From the human T2T-CHM13v2.0 reference genome, Homo sapiens, in the NCBI RefSeq assembly GCF_009914755.1, contig NC_060946.1: DNA of 64,000 nt; one strand, 5' to 3'. The position numbers were made by a program, and so were the translations under genes. The notes beneath the pieces were generated by a model. It was not told the DNA's origin. It searched no databases and worked only from the letters and a program-made list of their open reading frames with translations. Positions 56,324 to 64,000 of the stretch are shown piece by piece (the stretch's first letter is position 1; each line of letters opens with the position of its first letter).

Positions 56324-57732
56324 TAGGCGTGAGCCACTGTGCCTGGCCTCCACTAATTTTTATAAAACAAAAAATATAGGATTCAATAAAATTTTCACGT
56401 TGTCACTTAAATTACAACTGTTCAAAGATGCCAGTGCTGGGGAGGTAGAGCCAGTGCCTGTCCATCTGCCACAGTTCAGAATGGTCCTCATTGGCCAGTA
56501 GGCACCTGCCTAACTGCAGAATGCAAAAGGTGTCAAATTTCAGCCTGTGATACTAGGCGAGTTGTTTACCTGATCTAATGGGTGTAAAAGTAATCAGTTT
56601 GGCTCTAAGTAGGTGACACTTCAAAAGAAAGCTTTCATTTATTAGTTGGAGCAAATTGAGAAGCTGTGCGTGGCCAAGTGGGAAGAACCTTGGGAGGCCT
56701 GGTTCCAGCCCTGCTCTGCCTTGCTGTCGTGTTTCTCATGTGTATAATGTGATGCTTAGACTAGATGGTCTCCAAGATCTTCCCCAAAACACATTTTAGT
56801 TTCTAGAAAGCTAATTACAGTCTTGTCTTTCAGCCCCTTGACTCCTGGGCCTCCCAGTAAGAATAATCTTCCTGAGACCCAGGCTGTAAGAGACTCAGTT
56901 GGAGAGGCAGTTTGTTCTTTTGGGCCTGACTTAATCATCAGACCTTCGGAGTTTAGGGAAGAGTTCAAGGTCAGAGCTCTATTGAAATTCAGTAGCTCCA
57001 GTGATAGTAGTGGATGGACGGTCTCAGCCCACTGCCCTGTGGAAAACAGGCACTGTATTCAGAGAGGTGGGCCAGCCATAGCAACATACCCAGTGCCTCC
57101 ATGCGCCATCTGTGGAGCTGTCTTGGGAAGGCATCTGCATTTACTAAGAGTGTGTGTCACTGTTCTGCCATTAACAGACAGCTGTATTTACCAAGCCGGA
57201 GTCATGGAGCTTTGAGGACCCTAACAGATCCCCAAGTCCAGCACCTTGATTTTATATTCAGGAAACCTGGGTCCCAAGAGGGTGAAGGCTGGTTCAGAGG
57301 AAAGCCAGGAAGGCAAGCCCAGTTTCCTAAGTTCTGAAGGGGCTTTGGGGGGCATCTAGGAGACTCAGAGCCCTGCAGGGCCTGCAAGGTAGTCATAGGG
57401 GGGAGTATTGTCAATTTCTTTTAAAAAACCTAATGGAAACTCTACATTTACCATGATACTGGATGATACTGACACACAAGCCAAATAACATAGAGGGGTC
57501 TGTGCCCTCTATGTGGAAAGCGAGTGACTTGCTGTGTCTGCTCTTCTCTCAGCGTTCAGTAGCCCTGGTTGTTGATTACAGTCACTGCTGAAAATGGAGA
57601 AACATTTTATTTAATACTATGCCTGGGTCTCACACCTATAATCCTAGCACTTTGGGAGGCCCAGGCAGGAGAATCACTTGAACCCAGGAGTTTAAGACCA
57701 GCCTGGGCAACATAGTGAGACTCTTGTCTCTA

Positions 57733-57933
<201 letters not shown>

Positions 57934-58955
57934 TCAGGAGGCTGAGGCAGGAGGATCGCTTGAGCCGAGGAGTTCGAGGCTGCAGTGAGCTATGATCGAT
58001 CGCACCACTGCAATCGAGCCTGGGTGACAGAGCGAGACCCTGTCTCAAAAATAATAATAAAAATTAAAAATAAATTTAAAAATGCAAAATATATACTATG
58101 TTGCATAGATAAAATGGGAAACATAATAGAAGTGGTCCTTCATGGGGGTGAAGTTCAGAGTTGCTGAGCATTTGGCAGATGAGTAAAGGGTACCCAGAAA
58201 ATGGGAAGTGATCCCAGGTTACAGATGGAGCCAGCACCTGGCACCCAGTCTATTGGCCATCCCCTGCAATGTGACTCCGAAGTGATCATACTTGAAAAGT
58301 CAACGAGACAATAGGGTACCCTCATAAAAACTTTAGGTCTAGATTTATTTTCCTTAAGGAAGTCACACTTTCAGTATTTGGTACAAGCAAACTGAAGCCA
58401 TTGTTTGAGTCAGTGATGATTTATATAGCAGTCTGGTGATTGCCTTGTAAACCTTTTGGAAAATTCCTTTGGTATCCCTGGTTTGGGTTTTGTTACTAAA
58501 CAAAGTAACACAGGCCATGGGGGAAATTATCTGGCATCTGTCTAAAATTAAAAGACCTTTTTGGTGTTTATTACATTGTAAAAATATCAAAGTCTTGTCC
58601 TTAAGATAAAAGAAGGTCAAGGAGGCCTTGCATTTCTGGAAAGTGCCAGAGATCCTTAGTCCAAAATCAAAATCACCACGAACTTCTTGCTAAGCTCTGG
58701 GGGCCTCCCACTCAGGCATCTGCCCAGGCCTTTCGGAACTTGGTTCTGTTGTCAGGATGCACATATGCAGGCCAGATGTGCACTGCTGGTGAACCCTTCA
58801 TATCAGCAGAATGTGTTTTAATGCTGCCGAAAGCGTGGCGCCTGGGGGCCACCTCAAGGCCTGTTTGTCTGTTGCTTGATGCAGTCTGCGCCAGGACCCT
58901 CCCCTTCCCTGTGGTGCTGCGACCCTTATAATGAGCCTTCTTGCTTTACTCATAG

Positions 58956-59094
58956 GTGGGAAACTACCTCCGTATGTTCCGAGGTTCTCTGTACAAGAGA
59001 TACCCCTCACTCTGGAGGCGACTAGCCACTGTGGAAGAGAGGAAGAAAATAGTTGCATCGTCACATGGTAAAAAAACAAAACCTAACACTAAGG
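58956..59094 (+). CDS. SMARCB1: SMARCB1 exon 2, long form (alternative donor at 59067 removes 27 nt)
   Basis: CATAG| acceptor, [22 protein letters not shown]..., donors G|GTAAAA (59067) and G|GTGCGT (59094). Confidence 0.97.
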
Positions 59095-60742
59095 GTGCGT
59101 CTTCACGAGGGTTTGTAAACCTGTTTCAAAACCACTCGCTTATGTCATGAAGATAAAACGTTTTCACTCCAGAGTGTCTTCACTGCAGCCTTGGCCTTAG
59201 TCGGGCAGGGAGCATCCCGGGGTGGGCCGCCCTGTGAGCACTCCAGGCAAGGAAGTGGCTCCAGGGAGCCATTGGTGGTCCACTGTCAGTTATTTCCAGC
59301 AGGGCCATTGGGTACGTGAGCGGGCCGGGGCCAGGACACTAGCAGGTGCTGTGAAGACATGTTGGTCTCAAAACGTTTTAGGAATGCTGCGATGCTCTGC
59401 CATCTGCCGTGGGTGTGTCGCCATAATCATCTTCCATGCAGCCCAAGTGGCGGGTGGTGGTCCCAGCTCCCACTCCCCTCTGGGGCTTTCACTGCTTGCT
59501 TCCTGGAGCACATCCATCCCATAGCACTTCATCCTGGCAGCCAGTGTGCTAGAGCCCATGTGCATGTCCCTGCTCCTGGTGGCCTGCGTGTGCCTGGGGC
59601 TTGCTAGGTACACTAGTGAAACTAGTGGGCTTTGGGTCACGGCAGCTCTGTGCAGGGTGAAAGGGTGCTCTTCAGACACTCTGGGGGCTCTGTGGGAGAC
59701 ACTCCCATGGAGACATTTGGGTGTGGACACAGCATGTCCTTGGGCAGGTGGCAAAACTGCTTCCCACGTGACAATGGCGCCTTGTAGAGAGCTGCCCTGG
59801 GCCTGGGTGTGTCTGTGAGCATGTGCGCGATGCTTCGTAGTCTGCCCTGTTTGTTTGTGTCTGTAGGTGCTGCTGTGGTTTTGTCCACTGCGGGAAAGTA
59901 GTGGTTCTTTTAATGCAGGAGCCGGAGCTTCTTTTTGATCTGCTGCTATGACATTTCCACTCACTTGCTTAAAACAGTTTCCTTTTTGTTCCCCCTCCTC
60001 CCCTAGCAGAGCATCAGTCGCTAACACAGTGAGTCCCCAGCTTTGCTTCCCCCTCCGCAAGTCCCTGGGCTAAGTCTTGGGAGATACCTTCCCCATAAGC
60101 GATTGATTTCTCCAGGAGAAGCCAGACTGGGCCCACAGACAGGTAGCTCTTGACGGAGATTCCCCGGAAGAGCTAGGGGTCGAGCTGCCTAGAATCTGTC
60201 CTGCTTCCCAGGCAGCACGTGTGGACCGGCTCGGGGATAGAAATTCGTGTTTGGTGTGAAGCAGCTCTTTCCAACTCTCTGGGCTCTTGTTTTAAAAGAA
60301 AAGTATTCTTCATCTTCCATTCCATCTCCCCACCTTGCATCGTGTTGTGGATTGTGGTGGTGTCAGACCTCTTCCCACTGGGGTGTTACTCTGGGAGCTT
60401 TCTTTTCCCCTGAGTGAGGACCAAGAGAATATGTTCTGGAGTCGAGTGTCCCCGCTGGTCGTGCTGTATTGTAGTTGCTGGTGCTGCCCTGAGCACTTCC
60501 CTCTGCCCCGAGCCAGTGCTCCTGGGGCAGATTAGTCCAAATCAGTCCCATTGGAGGCTCTACCCAGCAGGACTTGTAAGTAAAGCACTCAGTCCAGATT
60601 GCCCTTTTGGAAGAGGCCAGCATTCAGCAGTAGTAAGTTTGACACCTTGCTTTTCCCACCTCCCGCATGCGAGGACCTTGATGTGCTGCATCCACTTGGC
60701 TGGCTGCTGTGTGCCACCGCCACCAGCAGAGTGACCCAGTGA

Positions 60743-60889
<147 letters not shown>

Positions 60890-60976
60890 TAATGCGTTCC
60901 TGGCCAGGGCATCTCTGGGGACACCTGTGGGGTCTTTTCTGAGACTCAAGAACTGGTTGGGTTGAAGTTAAATTGA

Positions 60977-61326
<350 letters not shown>

Positions 61327-61377
61327 TAGAGACGAGTCTCTCCATGTTGGTCAGGCTGGTCTCGAAACCCCACCTCA

Positions 61378-61485
<108 letters not shown>

Positions 61486-61938
61486 TTATACATTTTCTTA
61501 GCCAGGTTTCTAAGTTTCTTCTATATCATTGGAATTTCTAAGAAACGTAAGCCAAGTCCTGGATTCCGGAGAACAGTTACAAATGCTTGGAAAGTGGGAC
61601 TCGTGGGGCACAGTGGCTTATGTTTGTAATCCCAGCGCTTTGGGAGGCCGAGGCATTGCTTGAGGCCAGGAGTTTAAGACCAGCCTGGGGCAACACAGCA
61701 AGACCTCATTTCTTAAAAAAACATGTAAGTGGGACCAATTTGTCAGAAAAATCAGTGGCTCACATAAACTCACAAAAGAAACAACAATAGATTTGAATGT
61801 ATAAAAACTTAGAACCTGGCTGGGCACGGTGGCTCACACCTGTAATCCCAGCAGTTTGGGAGGCCGAGGTGGGCAGATCACCTGAGGTCAGGAGTTAGAG
61901 AGCAGCCTCATCCACATGGAGAAACCCCATCTCTACTA

Positions 61939-62097
<159 letters not shown>

Positions 62098-62558
62098 TCA
62101 AAAAAAACAAAAACAAAACAAAACTTAGAACCTTTAGAAGAGTATTTATAGTAACAATTAAAAAACCAAGTAATTGGGAAGTTACGATGTTGTATCTAGA
62201 ATCTATACATCTAGATTTATACAACAAACTTGGATACCCCAACAAATAGGTAAAAGATGGTCCATACCTTGAAGTACAAGGGAGTAAACAAACATGGAAA
62301 GAATTTGCCCTCATGTGTAATTTCAAAAATTCCAAGCATAAGACTGGGCATGGTAGCTTATGCCTGTAATCTCAGCACTTTGGGAAGTCAAGGCAGGAGG
62401 ATCGCTTGAGCCCACGATTTGACTGTGTTGCCCAGGAGACCAGCCTGAGCAACATAGTGAGACGTTATCTCTACTGAAAGTTAAAAAAATTAGCTGAGTG
62501 TGGTGATCACACCACTGTCCTCTAGCCTAGGTAACAGAACGACACTCTTTGTCTCTTA

Positions 62559-62855
<297 letters not shown>

Positions 62856-62941
62856 TCAAAATAATAAAATAAAATAAAAAATAAATAAATAAAAAATAAA
62901 AATAAAAATTCCAAGCATAAAACAAAAAACTGGCAACGTAA

Positions 62942-63309
<368 letters not shown>

Positions 63310-64000
63310 TAAAGTATCCTGACATCAAACTTTTTTGTTCTCTGGCCCATTAATACCACCCCTGGGAATTTGTCCCAAAGAAACATTTTCAAAGAACAAA
63401 ATGAATCAGTAAACCCACTATATGTACAGAGATTCTCTGTAGCATTGTGAATAATACTGGAGAATATGGAGTCGCTTAAGTATCCAGCCTTTAAGGAAAG
63501 GCTAGGTTAGTGACGGGTCAGCCACTTGAATGGACAAAGGTGTGACCCATACATGGTATAATTAAGTAGATTCTGCAGTGACCCGAGACGGGTCCTGTGG
63601 GTGAGACGTGCAGAATACAAGATTGTACCCATCTACCTTGTGCATTCAGCTCTCAACAAAGTATGCATTTCTCTGCACAAAGCCCAAGGAGCATTAAGAA
63701 AAAGGATTATTGTTCAGAGTGATGTGGTTATGGAAAATCTTTTTTATGATTCCCCTGAAAGGTGGCACGCCTCCAGGCTGGCCAGTGTTACAGACGTGTG
63801 CTTTGCAGATTCTTTTTCCCCCAAGGGATGTGGTAAGAACATAAGGATGGCTTGACCTTCCCAGGGAAGTTGCAGAAGGAAATTGTGTACATATGGAGGG
63901 CACTTTAATTCTGCACATGTCAGCTGGGAATCTTTTATGGGGCGATAAAACAGTTTCTTGGTGATCATGTCGTGAGGAACAGCTGCAGGAGTGGAATCCC

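Noticed and set aside
59368-60060. 230-aa minus-strand ORF in SMARCB1 intron 2
   Set aside because: TTG start, no family similarity and no supporting promoter or poly(A) structure seen.

Overview
Human genomic DNA, recognisable from its gene order as 22q11.23. Left to right it carries: ZNF70 (minus strand, single coding exon, 446 aa, 11 C2H2 fingers, no KRAB), VPREB3 (minus, 2 exons, 123 aa), C22orf15 (plus, 6 coding exons, 148 aa), CHCHD10 (minus, 4 exons, 142 aa), MMP11/stromelysin-3 (plus, 8 exons, 488 aa) and exons 1-3 of SMARCB1 (plus, gene continues past the window). All spliced models were built by hand from GT-AG boundaries and close in frame. The rest is very Alu-dense, with MER1/MER2/MADE1 DNA-transposon relics, L1/L2/MIR fragments, an LTR relic and five CpG-rich regions. 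I found no new multi-gene system, and most short ORFs in the track are Alu or CpG-island artefacts. The most interesting structure is regulatory: (1) a recursive-splice-like AG|GTGAGC site opening a 72-nt poison exon in SMARCB1 intron 1; (2) an in-frame alternative first exon in MMP11 intron 2 that would give a signal-less, propeptide-less enzyme; (3) back-to-back poly(A) signals for the convergent C22orf15 and CHCHD10 genes; (4) a uORF-rich ZNF70 leader with tandem alternative donors and a frameshifted KRAB-ZNF spacer relic; (5) a nuclear-receptor element cluster inside CHCHD10. Repeat boundaries and subfamilies are by-eye estimates.
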